DNA of 60,180 nucleotides, filler included, from Squatina squatina (Eukaryota): NCBI GenBank assembly GCA_031763465.1. It is 4 parts of 3 records of this genome, joined end to end, with 100 filler letters (N's around TTAATTAATTAA, not from the genome) between each part and the next. Parts side by side here need not be neighbours in the genome. Positions count along the whole stretch, not along the records: positions 14,828 to 30,109 come from JARFOE010000234.1; positions 30,210 to 46,023 come from JARFOE010000234.1; 2 more parts are not named here. The stretch is one strand, 5' to 3'. Of this stretch, positions 24,481 to 36,638 are shown one piece after another. A program made the position numbers and the translations under genes. The stretch's first letter is position 1; each line of letters begins with the position of its first letter. The notes under the pieces were generated by a model, which made no database searches, was not told the DNA's origin, and was given only the letters and a program-made list of their open reading frames with translations.

Positions 24481-25822
24481 CTGTCTTTGTAGAGCTTGTA
24501 GCCTGTTGCATCTCTAGCAACAAGCTGAGGAGTCCCAACTTGATATGTTATTAATTCACAAAACTGGAAGATTTGCCAAATGTGGCTCAGCTACCACAGT
24601 ACCAAACAGAACAATCACAAAGTTTGGCAGATCACCTTTGGCTCCACTGAGCTCCTAATAATGGACAAACCAGATAGCCGGACTTGTCTGCTACTTACAC
24701 AAGGCATGAAGCTGAAGGTAAACTCGCTTATTTTTCTTCCCAGGAGTGAAAAGCATTGATATTTCCATTACTTCACCAAGTGTGAAGAGTTCACACTCCA
24801 GTTCCAACTCTCTTCGTTTCTAAACCATGACTGTGTGCAGGTCTCTCATAATTTTACAAGCGGACTGCAAATTTTTGATGAAATTCTCTCCGCTTTCTTT
24901 CTCAGTTCTTTCCAAAGAATTGTTTGCCCTCAACTCACTATCTTTGCACTCTTCCAAAAAGAATCAGTGAGATCTGTGATGTACAATAATTCATCCCTCG
25001 ACCAAAAAAAGTTGATTGGGTTCTCATTTGTGGTAAGAATTGTCANNNNNNNNNNNNNNNNNNNNNNNNNNNNNNNNNNNNNNNNNNNNNNNNNNNNNNN
25101 NNNNNNNNNNNNNNNNNNNNNNNNNNNNNNNNNNNNNNNNNNNNNCGGACCATTGCAGAAGCCGCCTGATTTTTCATCCCATTGAAATCAGTGGGCTGAG
25201 AAGCGGGTGAGTGATCTGCTATTTTGAATCCAACCCAGGCGGATGCAATGAAGATCTTCAATTTGCTGGCTGCAAGAAATGCGTTTGGATGCTCCCAACC
25301 TGGCTTCTTGTAGGTGTAAGGTCCCCCACAGCAAAGAACTGTGCCTCATTTAGCACCTGTTAGCAATAAATTGGCCAACTCACGCAAAGATCATTGGAAT
25401 TGAAAACTTCATACTGGTACAGTAGGGGGTACTGTTCTGAGGTTGGGATTAAGGCACGTTGCTGAGGCAGAACAAAGGGAGCTTTACTTTGCAGCTGTGC
25501 TGGGAATGTAAGTATGATGATGACAGTGCATGCCTCAAGTGGGCAAGTGTTGGGTTCTTCAGCAACAGCACTTTGATGAGCACAAAATTTCATCAAATTT
25601 GTTTTGAGCTTCATTGAAATATAGGAAAGCTTGCTTGTTTATGCTTTGACTGTAACTTGTTAATACGTTATTTTATTAATAGTTGTTTACACCTGTAGAC
25701 ATGTTTTCTTATACTGCCTCAGCTTTACATCTACCATAATGGTTTGATCTTTCTCTTTATCCTGATATGCTCCACTTGTACCACAAAGAACATATTCTCT
25801 AATTTTCTTTTTCCCTTCACAG

Positions 25823-25967
25823 AAACTTGTCACATTTGAGCCAAAGACAACCTACCTTTTGGAGGATCTCAAACCAAACACCATGTACTACTTCCGGCTT
25901 GCTGCCCGTTCTGAGCATGGCCTCGGCGCTTCAACTGCGCAGATTTCAGCCCAAACCATGGAAACTA
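25823..25967 (+). CDS. PTPRD: PTPRD-like third FN3 domain C-half exon (below the ORF-track cutoff)
   Basis: cttcacag|AAA...ACT A|gtaggt, 145 nt. [48 protein letters not shown] resembles [38 protein letters not shown]. Confidence 0.85.
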
Positions 25968-28900
25968 GTAGGTTTTCTTCTGTTGGCTAATTCATGATTG
26001 CTGGGGTGCTTGTTAGTCTGACAAGGTGGTCTGTCCCTAGCGCCTAACAGCTGACTGCATGCAGCAGGTGGTATTCTAATAAAACACAGAGTTAGGCTTC
26101 AAAAGGAAAGAAAAAAATTAGGATTGAAAAGGTTTAGATTTAATGCAGATGGGATCGCAATGTTCGTGCTTACAGTGACTAACAAGCACTTTGACTGAAG
26201 AATAGGAGCTTTCGTAGTTAGCTGACCTTTCTTGTGCATCTCAGTTGTGTTAAACACAGTTTCTGTGTTGGATCTGCTTCACTTGTTACTTCAAAAATGT
26301 TCTGTGCCTAGCAATATGGATCACACTTGCTTTGAAATGTACCATGTATTTATCTTTAAATTGGTTCTGGTTAGGAGCCAAGCACTGACATTTCTAATGA
26401 CCAGCAGCAGTGACATAACCTGTGGTTTGTTGCACATGAACTTTTAGTACTTATCTTTTTTTCCTAAAAAGTTGGTGAGGATAATGATCTACATCTCACT
26501 GGGCATTGAATGATGGGAAAATTTGTAAAGGTCAGCTAACTACAAAATTATCTATTATCTTCTAAGTGTCGTAACTTTCAATAATGTCCTAAAGGTCAAA
26601 TGACAAGATTGAATCCTGTGCACTACTTAATGAAATGGTAATTAGGTTTCACCCTTTAAAATTATTCCTAGTGCTGTCGTAATACCTATCTGACAAAATG
26701 CTCTCTGATAAGAGTTGATTTTTAGGCAAATTTCTGATGCATGTGAGACGTGTATGTCGATGCAACTTGAATCTGTTTATACCAGTAAAATCAAAAAGAG
26801 AAAATAACATTTAATCATTAACGGTATTTAGGGTCATATTTTATTTCCACAATCCACATTGGTACGAACGCCCAACACTTAAGGGTAATTTGGAATGCAG
26901 CCATCAATGTTATTCAGACTGCGATAGCGGTAGGAGATGCAGATTCCTTTCCTCTGTGTCACTGAGNNNNNNNNNNNNNNNNNNNNNNNNNNNNNNNNNN
27001 NNNNNNNNNNNNNNNNNNNNNNNNNNNNNNNNNNNNNNNNNNNNNNNNNNNNNNNNNNNNNNNNNNNNNNNNNNNNNNNNNNNNNNNNNNNNNNNNNNNN
27101 NNNNNNNNNNNNNNNNNNNNNNNNNNNNNNNNNNNNNNNNNNNNNNNNNNNNNNNNNNNNNNNNNNNNNNNNNNNNNNNNNNNNNNNNNNNNNNNNNNNN
27201 NNNNNNNNNNNNNNNNNNNNNNNNNACAGTACTCCAGATGTGGTCTCACCAGTGCCTTGTATAGTTGCAGCAAGACTTCCTTACCTCTATACCTCTATAC
27301 TCCAACCCCCTTGAAATAAAGGCCACCCCTCATTAACTCACCTCATCTGAACTTGGGGATTTGTCTAGTTTCAGTCATACTATTTTATCAATTACCATTT
27401 TTCTATTTGCACTAATGCCTGACATTTTCTTCCTTTCACAAGTCGCTATTCTTCCTTGTACTTCTACTATTAAATCCTCTTTCTCATGTGAGGAGTATCA
27501 TGATTCCTGGGACCACATTAGAATTATGATAGAAGTAGAAGCAAGACAGCATTGTACTTTCAGTAACAGTGTATTTGCGTTTTTTATCTATTTAGGTTTC
27601 TTTTCATTTTTCCCCAAATATTTGCCATTTTTTAACTTTATTTTGCGAGAGAACAGTATATTTTATGAACATTTTTGTATTTTTTTTTCTTCGGTTACCT
27701 AAGCTGATACTTCTACAGTCGAGAGACATATGTTGAACATATGTTGAACTCTGCCCAACCCATCTAATCTCCTGAGGGAAAGTGCAGACCCCAAAGAAGC
27801 AAATCCCACAGTATCTATCCAACCCATTATTCAACCCTGGCTGCTGGCTTTCCAAAGATGAACTTCCCCTGATTACAGCAGCACGGCGACCATTGGGGTC
27901 CATGGAGATCTGATCATTTCTCATTGTACTTACCCAGTAACCTTCAATCCATTCCTGATCATCCAATTCTTTACCGGAGCAGTTAAGTGACACAACATGA
28001 ACTGCTTTTACTGGAAGCCTGTTTCCACTACTTGGGGGAGGAAAAATACTCAAGCTCATGAACACAGAAAAAGTTACTGCTTGCAAAATTACAAGAAAAA
28101 AAAAGCAGCAAAAGGCTTCTGGAGTCCTGCCTTGGTTAGAACAGTTTATTCAGTTCTCTAGGGTTCCCCCTCCCCCAACCACCTCCCCTTTTCATTTCCA
28201 ACATCTAATTGTGTCCAAAATGGCATTAGTGGCATTCACAGATTTTTTTTGATTAACTATATACCACTGGCACTTTGCGTCACACATTAATGGGGATTTG
28301 CATGTTCTGCCCTATCCATAGACACGCTCACTGCTACAAGCAGGCAGGAATTAACACGGCGTGCTTGGCACTCATTCAGTCATTTGTTTCACGCTCAATT
28401 GCACTGACATTTTGGGAATAAAATCTGTCTCTATTACTGTGTGAGAAAAGGACCACAGGGGAGCATTGGAATCTTCTCCCCTGTGCTGTACAGTTTTGCA
28501 TATTCTTATGATGTATTACACCAGCAGAAAATTAGCTGCCACTCAAAAACAAATAGATCCTGCACTATTGGTAAAAATATAAACATGGAAAATAGATGCA
28601 AAGAAACCCATTCTTAACAGGCAAATGGCAACACTTGTTACTTGACCTTTAAGGACTGAAGCAGGGTGTAAGTGACATTCATCAATAGAAGATGGGTGTG
28701 ACTTACAGACAGTAAACAGGCCTCTCTGTGTGCGGTAGGTAGGTACCCTGGTATTTCACTTAGATCTTTTTCTTTGGTATGTAGAAATATTTGTAACACA
28801 TAGAAGGTAAAGCTCCCTACTGTTTGCAGCTGTTCAAGAAGGGTAGGTAATAAAAAAAGGATTAGAGGAATTAAAGAAATGTACATGATGTAAGATCTAT

Positions 28901-29459
28901 AATCACAGGTAGGTAATATTATTTGTAGGCTCCATTTTCAGAATTTTATTTTGCTTACCATCACCCCATTTTCTGGTTTTACGTTACACAAGGGATTATA
29001 TTTGAGTTCTTTTTAATTTGCTTTTCTAAGCCAAGGTGTCATATTTAATTTATGAAAACATGTTTTGGTTTTATGATTTTTTGTTCTCTTAAGTTGTCAG
29101 ATATGCTCNNNNNNNNNNNNNNNNNNNNNNNNNNNNNNNNNNNNNNNNNNNNNNNNNNNNNNNNNNNNNNNNNNNNNNNNNNNNNNNNNNNNNNNNNNNN
29201 NNNNNNNNNNNNNNNNNNNNNNNNNNNNNNNNNNNNNNNNNNNNNNNNNNNNNNNNNNNNNNNNNNNNNNNNNNNNNNNNNNNNNNNNNNNNNNNNNNNN
29301 NNNNNNNNNNNNNNNNNNNNNNNNNNNNNNNNNNNNNNNNNNNNNNNNNNNNNNNNNNNNNNNNNNNNNNNNNNNNNNNNNNNNNNNNNNNNNNNNNNNN
29401 NNNNNNNNNNNNNNNNNNNNNNNNNNNNNNNNNNNNNNNNNNNNNNNNNNNNNNNNNNN

Positions 29460-29670
29460 GAAGGGGAGATGGAGGGGAAGGGGAGATGGAGGGGGAGGAG
29501 CACACGGAGCCGGGTATGGAGGGGAGAACATAGGGGAAAGGACGTAATGGGGGAGGAGGAGATGGCGATAAGGAGATGGAGGGAGGAGACGAAGGGAGGA
29601 GGAGATGCACGAGGAGGAGATGGAGGGAGGAGGAAATGGGGAGGAGGAGGAGACGGAGAGGGGGAGCATG
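29460..29670. repeat. Purine-rich (GGA/GGAGAT) low-complexity tract
   Basis: Almost purely G/A, adjacent to a gap. Confidence 0.85.
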
Positions 29671-30153
29671 GGATTCAATGTACATTCAGGAAATTTTACA
29701 TTTCCCAAACACTCTCCACCCCTAACAGTGCCTCGAGTACAATCAGCGAAGTCAGCACAAACAGGAACTCCAACCTGAGTTGTATGGCTGGAGACAGTGA
29801 CTTTAACCTTAGATTTTACAATTGTCATTTAACAATCTTGTTTTAAATGAGTGAACACTGGCAATAAAATAAAGCTGGTCAGAAAATCTAGGCGCTTACC
29901 TCTAAACCATGGTGAAGGCATGTCTGCAACTTCTCACCCTGGGTTTTGCTTTGCTAATTGAACTAAACACTAACTTATCAGTTATAATACAAAAAAATCT
30001 TGCATTTTGTGATGCTTTGGGATTCAAAGCATTATCCTTGGCTGCCTTTTTTCCTCTGTTTTTAGTATTTGTGCCTTTTCCTCCATGTTTTTCACATTTT
30101 TCCACGTTTNNNNNNNNNNNNNNNNNNNNNNNNNNNNNNNNNNNNNNNNNNNN

Positions 30154-30165
30154 TTAATTAATTAA
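30154..30165. other. Artificial scaffold-joining linker TTAATTAATTAA
   Basis: Identical N44-12mer-N44 structure. Confidence 0.97.
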
Positions 30166-33100
30166 NNNNNNNNNNNNNNNNNNNNNNNNNNNNNNNNNNN
30201 NNNNNNNNNAGTAATTTTTTTGAATTAAATTTTTTAAACTTTTCTTACGATGTTAAAACCAAGCAGATACGCTAGGTTTTAACAAGTGTAAGAAATTTCA
30301 AGAGATCCCCAGCACAAAACTTTGCAAAAATATCACAAAGCTCTGTGCTGGGGATGGACTTCGCAACCCGGGTGCGTGGGAATATCGTTCCCACCCGGGG
30401 AGATCACAATTTCAGGCCCATTAAAAAAAAATTGAACTAAGCAGCTATGATCTTATCATTCTGTATCTTCTTACTGTGGATTAATACAATTCTAACCAAA
30501 CTTTGCCTCATCTAGTGTTAACTCAGTTTACCTTTGGAGAGATTAAAGGAATACAGCTGTGTAAGGCATAGAGATCCAGTTCAGGTCACAATGGAGGTTC
30601 ATCGTATAAGTAGGTTTAGGGCAGTGGAAGTCAACTCCCTTAAAAGTGAGTGTGTTTATATTAAGATTGTCACCACTGAAGTTTCTAAGGCAGTCCCAAA
30701 TTTGTAACACTCTTGAAGATGAGGTACATCTTCATGGTAATGAAGTTCACCCCTGCCTATCTGAATGTAGGATGTGGCACTACCACGACCACTGGGTACA
30801 AAGTGGAAAAAAAACTCCCTTCCCAGCACTGTCCACTTTTACATCAAAGTGCACAAATGAAAAAAAAACACATTCGCCAATTTTAGGTCATTATTAAAAC
30901 ATTTGAAACAATTGCTGTGTTCTTATTTATAGTTCATTAGAAGGGCATCTGGCTTGAGTTTTTTTTGTTGCATTAATTAAGATTACAATCTTAAGAAGTT
31001 ATTTTTTTCCATGTGTGCTCTTTAGATTCCCCAAGGAGAATATGAATGTTACAGAGGTGACCAAACATGCTGTAGTCCTTCACATATATGGCTTGTCTGG
31101 CAGCAATTCAAGAGTATCATCCTGTAAGTTAGTTTTCTGCTCGGTATTTTGGCATTCATTCCCTCTGTGTGGTTTGCTAACAGATTGTTTCACTAAATAG
31201 AATCAGCCTACAGGGAATATTAATTTCCCTTTTCCCACTATAAGACAAATGCGACTTTTTAAATTGTTTATCAAACAATCAAAAACATATCATTTGGAAC
31301 ATTAACTAAATAACAAACTAATTTCTGTTGAGCATAGTGCCTCCTGTGTCTTGTGCTTAGATATTTCTATGTATTAGCCACCAAATGGCCTAACCATTTG
31401 TTTTATATTTTTTTCATAATGATGCTGGAAAAAACATTTTGAAATATGAGCTGTTCTCATTCAGTGTATTGCTTCAAATACCAACTCTGCCAGGAATTAT
31501 ACCAAAGTTCCTACGCTGATGAGCATGGGAACTGAAACAACGACGACAACCCACACTCTGGATTAAAAAAAAGAGAGATAAGGAACTCATACATAAAGGT
31601 TTATGTAGTTATTTAGAAGTAAGGCAGCTTCAAGCCTTTTCTGTGTGGCCTTTTCAAATATGATATGGTTAGAATTTTCCTATTNNNNNNNNNNAGAAAA
31701 CGAATTGATACCAAAAATTTGTGAAGTCAATGTGGTACAGCACTGTGGACATTTTGAAGATGAATGTGGTTGGGAAGGCAATGTGATTTTTAGAAAATGT
31801 ATTGAGGATGAAATCATTACTTATATCATTCCCTCCTTAATAACCCTTTAAGATGTCATGGCACTGAAGAGTGTTAAAGAACCAGACATTGAAACAGAGA
31901 TCATATTCCTCATTCCTGAGTGAATCATTGCCTTGACTCCTATTTATACTCCACCCTCAGCGAGTTAATTTTTCTACTTTTGAACTGCACCACCAGACGG
32001 AGCACCTCACAGTAAAGTGTGCGTCATTTCAGAAGGGGAATAAAACTTGTCACGTAGACCTTTCCCCCTCCATAAGGCCTGTTTTCTGTTGGCCAACATG
32101 CAGAATTACAGACATAGAGATGTGCTCACCCTTGTGCTGTTTTCACCCTCATGCAGTACCTACCCTCATGCAGTGCAGAAGCACAATGGGGGAGAAAGGT
32201 GAAACAGTAGAAAAGTCACAAAAATAAAGGGAAGAACAAGAAATGAGTTAATCAATGAGATAGCCATGACTTGTGATTCATGAGCAAAATGGGTTCATAC
32301 ATTAGGCGCATTGCCTTGTGTAGTACTCATTCATACAGAACAGGAAATTCGCAGGTTTGATCCTAAGGCTAAGGTGACAACAGCTGGGACACTAGTAGGG
32401 GAGCTACAGTCTGTCTCAGCACCTCTGAAGCCACGGAGAGAAAAATAAATTTGCTGGGCATCTAGGTCCTGATTATTATCCAGTGTCTCCTGGATGTTGG
32501 ATGAGACAACATCAAGCTTAGCTGTGATGCATCCATGGTGGAATAGCTGACTGACACTCATTTCTATAGGTGCACGCATGAATATTAGCCACCTGGGAGA
32601 GGTACCAGAAGGTTGTACAGTTCCCATGAAACCATAACTTAGCACGAGATGCACCTTCAGGTGAAGACTGGCAAGAAAAACATTGCTGAGGAGCTAAAAA
32701 GATAAATGAGGACATTCCGTACTAAGAATTAGCTTCAATGTTGACAGTTGAAGATAAACATGTCAGTTTTGTTGGGAATTATTAAATAAAATGATGAGAA
32801 ACAACAGAAATAAAATTTCTAATTTACGTCTATTCATTAAGCACATAGCCAGTGATGTGCTTAACTTGCCAAATAACTATCTTGTGTCCCTGTGACATGC
32901 ACAATAAAGCAATGATTGAGCAGGAAATTAATCTAGGAGATCGGGCTATGGCAGCATGCATTGGACATTATGGCTCATTAGTAAGCAACTTCTATGATAC
33001 ATAAACTTCCTTCTCCACTTCCTGTTTGTGCACCGATGGGAAACAAAACATCCTAAAGGGTATTTGAGTAGCGTGAGATTTGTTAGCCTGGGAACCGCTC

Positions 33101-33238
33101 TTCTGAAACTGGCTGTGCTCGCATTAAGCGTCAAATGCNNNNNNNNNNNNNNNNNNNNNNNNNNNNNNNNNNNNNNNNNNNNNNNNNNNNNNNNNNNNNN
33201 NNNNNNNNNNNNNNNNNNNNNNNNNNNNNNNNNNNNNN

Positions 33239-33492
33239 CGGCAGATGTATGGGAACACCAGCACCTGCAAGTTCCCTGCGAAGTCACACAACATCCTGAC
33301 TTGGAAGTATATCGCCGTCCCTTGGTCAAAATCCCAGAACTCCCTCCCTAACAGCACTGTGGGAGTACCTTCATCACAAGGACTGCAGCGGTTCAAGAAG
33401 GTGGCTCATCACCACTTTCTCAAGGGCAATTATGGATGGGCAATAAATGCTGACCTTGCCAGCAATGTCCACATCCAAAGAACGAATTTTTT
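33239..33492 (+). mobile_element. LINE (CR1/L2 superclade) 3' end
   Basis: SKSQNSLPNSTVGVPSSQGLQRFKKVAHHHFLKGN plus a gggcaataaatgctg...cacatcc tail. Confidence 0.7.
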
Positions 33493-36378
33493 AAAAACTG
33501 TCCGGTCAGGATGCTCAATGGCTTCATAAGCTATGTGTGGGAATGTATGCTTTCAAAGTGTGTTCTCATACACTTAAATATACAATGACCTGATAAAATA
33601 CCTATGTGAATTTACCAATAAGCATACAATGGCTTCATAAAACACATGTATGAATGTGCACTTATATATAGAATAGCTTCATAAAATGTAAATGTACGTT
33701 CTTGAGAACCCAATTAAAATAAAATGTCAGACACTTTACAAAAAACTCATTGTCCACAAATAAAGCGGCTACAACATTCTGTCTAAAAAAAATACAGCAA
33801 GCAGATACATTTCTAATGAAGCTGCTTTTGCCTTTTGCATACAGAGTGAATTGGAGATACTTCGGCATTTGTACAGTAGATTTTGTCCCTTCTTAGACAT
33901 TTTACACCTCCAATTCCTTCAAATTATCAGCAATCTCCAGTCTGTCAGTCATTTGAGCAATCTTGGATTTCACTGAGACTAACAGGCAGATTATTGACAA
34001 AGCAATCCTGGGTGATACAGCACACCCTGGAAAATAGGAACCACNNNNNNNNNNNNNNNNNNNNNNNNNNNNNNNNNNNNNNNNNNNNNNNNNNNNNNNN
34101 NNNNNNNNNNNNNNNNNNNNNNNNNNNNNNNNNNNNNNNNNNNNGCTGCCTGACCTGCTGAGTTTTTCCAGCATTTTTTGTTTGTATTCTAGATTCCAGC
34201 ATCCGCAGTATTTCGTTTCTGCACCCTAGATAATGAGCATTTTGTGTTTCTCACTGTATAACTTGTGTACAATTTTCTTGGCGATGTAGCTTTCTTCCTT
34301 CGAGCTCAAGTTATTTTACACTGAGTTTCTAAAGGTTGTTTTCCCCGTCTGTTTCAGCTCCCATTGATAATCAGCTCGCCGCAATAATTGATTTGTGGTG
34401 TTTGTTTCTGTAAAGCAGTAGTTAAACATAAATCAATTTCATATGGAAGCATAAGATAATGTTAAAAGCAGCAAATTGGTAATTGCTCTTGGTAATGAAG
34501 ATTAAAATGAATGAGCTATAATTGTCTTTACTTTTAAAGAAATGTGAAAGTTCAATATTTAAATTTATGAGCTGATTGTCATAAATTTATTATGTAAGAT
34601 ATACATATGCAGTTCAGTAACCATGACCATCTTGAATTTGTCATTAGAGCTAATGAGTACTTCCCCAAAGCATGACAATTTTTTAGTGAAGTAACACACA
34701 GCACTGTACTTAGCAGGCAGTTTTTCTAGCTGCTGTTTTTTTAAACTCTCCTGTCAGAAATATTAACAGCATTGATGCTTGCATCTTATTAAATAACTTA
34801 AAGAACAATTGTACAATCAGATGTAAACATTTTTTTTTCGGCACTCTATTCCATAACAAAAGAAAATGAATAGCGAGAACTCGGTATCAGATTGTATAGT
34901 GTTGAAGTAGTATAACAGTCTGCATTTAAATCTCCAAGAATCTCTGAACAATAAGTACATTGGTCCTTATAATACGGAACACAATAATTTTCTTAACCCT
35001 TTCATCGGCGTCTCCTGGTCTGGAAGGAGCTCTCTGAAAGCACTGGCATTTATTGTTTAATTATGTCGAATGTTGCTGCTTTTTGTTAATTGCCATTTTT
35101 TTTGNNNNNNNNNNNNNNNNNNNNNNNNNNNNNNNNNNNNNNNNNNNNNNNNNNNNNNNNNNNNNNNNNNNNNNNNNNNNNNNNNNNNNNNNNNNNNNNN
35201 NNNNTTTGCTGGAATCTCATTGAATTCCATAGAATTTGGAATTAACTTGTTAATTTTTGTTGTTTAAATTCCCCTGCCCTCCAAAAATGAAGATAGCAGC
35301 ATATCATAAAAATGAGATAATGTCTGAAGTGCAGTTTGTAAATCTAAATATAGATTTCTGCCAGTGAAAGAGTTATTGTAGAATGAAGGAATGCAAAACA
35401 CAAATATTTGAAGAAAGAGTTATTTGCCTCATATATGTATATAATGAACATGAATTATGATTTACAGCATATTGTATATCATACTAAATATGTAACATAC
35501 TAGATCTTAAAATCTCCCTAACTGCAAAAATTAGATACAAGTTTAGTACCCCTCAAAAATGACAAATACAATATTTAACCAATAAAATACTGTAAGTGAC
35601 CAAAAACTGAAAAACTATCCATAGCACGACGCTACACTGATTTAGAGACAATAAATTTAGATAATTAAAATCAATGCAGTGTTTAATAAATTAGGATAAA
35701 AGTAAAACCATCTTTCAATCAGATATCTGTGGCAACTCATAAAATAAATGAAAGAGAAAAGAAAAACATATCATGGGACAAACCTGTCAGCAACAGACTG
35801 TGCCAACCTCCCCCAGCAACTGCGATGACATCATCTTGCAGCATATGTACCATTTCTGGGATGAGGATGTCCTGTCGATTATTTCCACAAGCTCGGCCAC
35901 ATCCCCACATGAAGGCTTTGCCATCACCTTAGTGAAAAATACATAATTGGATGTTGCTACAGTAATACTTACTTAGGCCTGAGAAAAATAACAGAGATGG
36001 TACCATTTGCTGGACATCAAAACAGCCTCAAAACTCAAGCAAAGCAAGGCCATTTGACATTGTATCCATTGCTTAATGAATGCCAGACTACCGATGCACA
36101 TGCAATGCTTATTGCTCATACAGAAATAAATAAAGTAGGTACCTTCCCATTTTATCCAGTCATTGTGGTTCTGAACTGTGAATTTTAATAAGACGTTAGC
36201 TTTCTTTCCCTGCAGTTTTACATTTAAGCTCCCAAAGAGACATGCATATGCTATGGAATTCTTTCTATGATGTATTTTNNNNNNNNNNNNNNNNNNNNNN
36301 NNNNNNNNNNNNNNNNNNNNNNNNNNNNNNNNNNNNNNNNNNNNNNNNNNNNNNNNNNNNNNNNNNNNNNNNNNNNNN

Positions 36379-36638
36379 CACATGCGCGGTCAGGTCTCCG
36401 CGAGACTGCACATGCGCGGTCAGGGCTCCGCGAGGCTGCACATGCGCGGTCAGGCCTCCGCGAGACTGCACATGCGCGGTCAGGTCTCCGCGAGACTGCA
36501 CATGCACAGTCAGTTCTCCGCGAGACTGCACATGCGCGGTCAAATGAGCACAAATAAAACGGGACATTTGTGCAATTTTGAAAGAACTGGCGAGACACCG
36601 GGACGTTTCGGGAAAAACCGGGAGTTCTAGTCACCCTA
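36379..36638. mobile_element. Second Blackjack-like hAT MITE (right part) with an internal 30-bp tandem array
   Basis: Ends ...TAGTCACCCTA and shares gggacatttg-gcaattttg with 10000-10251. More than 5 copies of CATGCGCGGTCAGGTCTCCGCGAGACTGCA at 36379-36542. Confidence 0.82.

Noticed and set aside
29052-29846. Gly/Glu/Arg-rich and Pro/Ser-rich ORFs
   Set aside because: They arise from a purine-rich simple repeat plus a gap.
36379-36542. CRISPR-like appearance of the 30-bp repeats (also the 26-bp repeats at 11272)
   Set aside because: Head-to-tail units without unique spacers, no cas genes, and vertebrate context.
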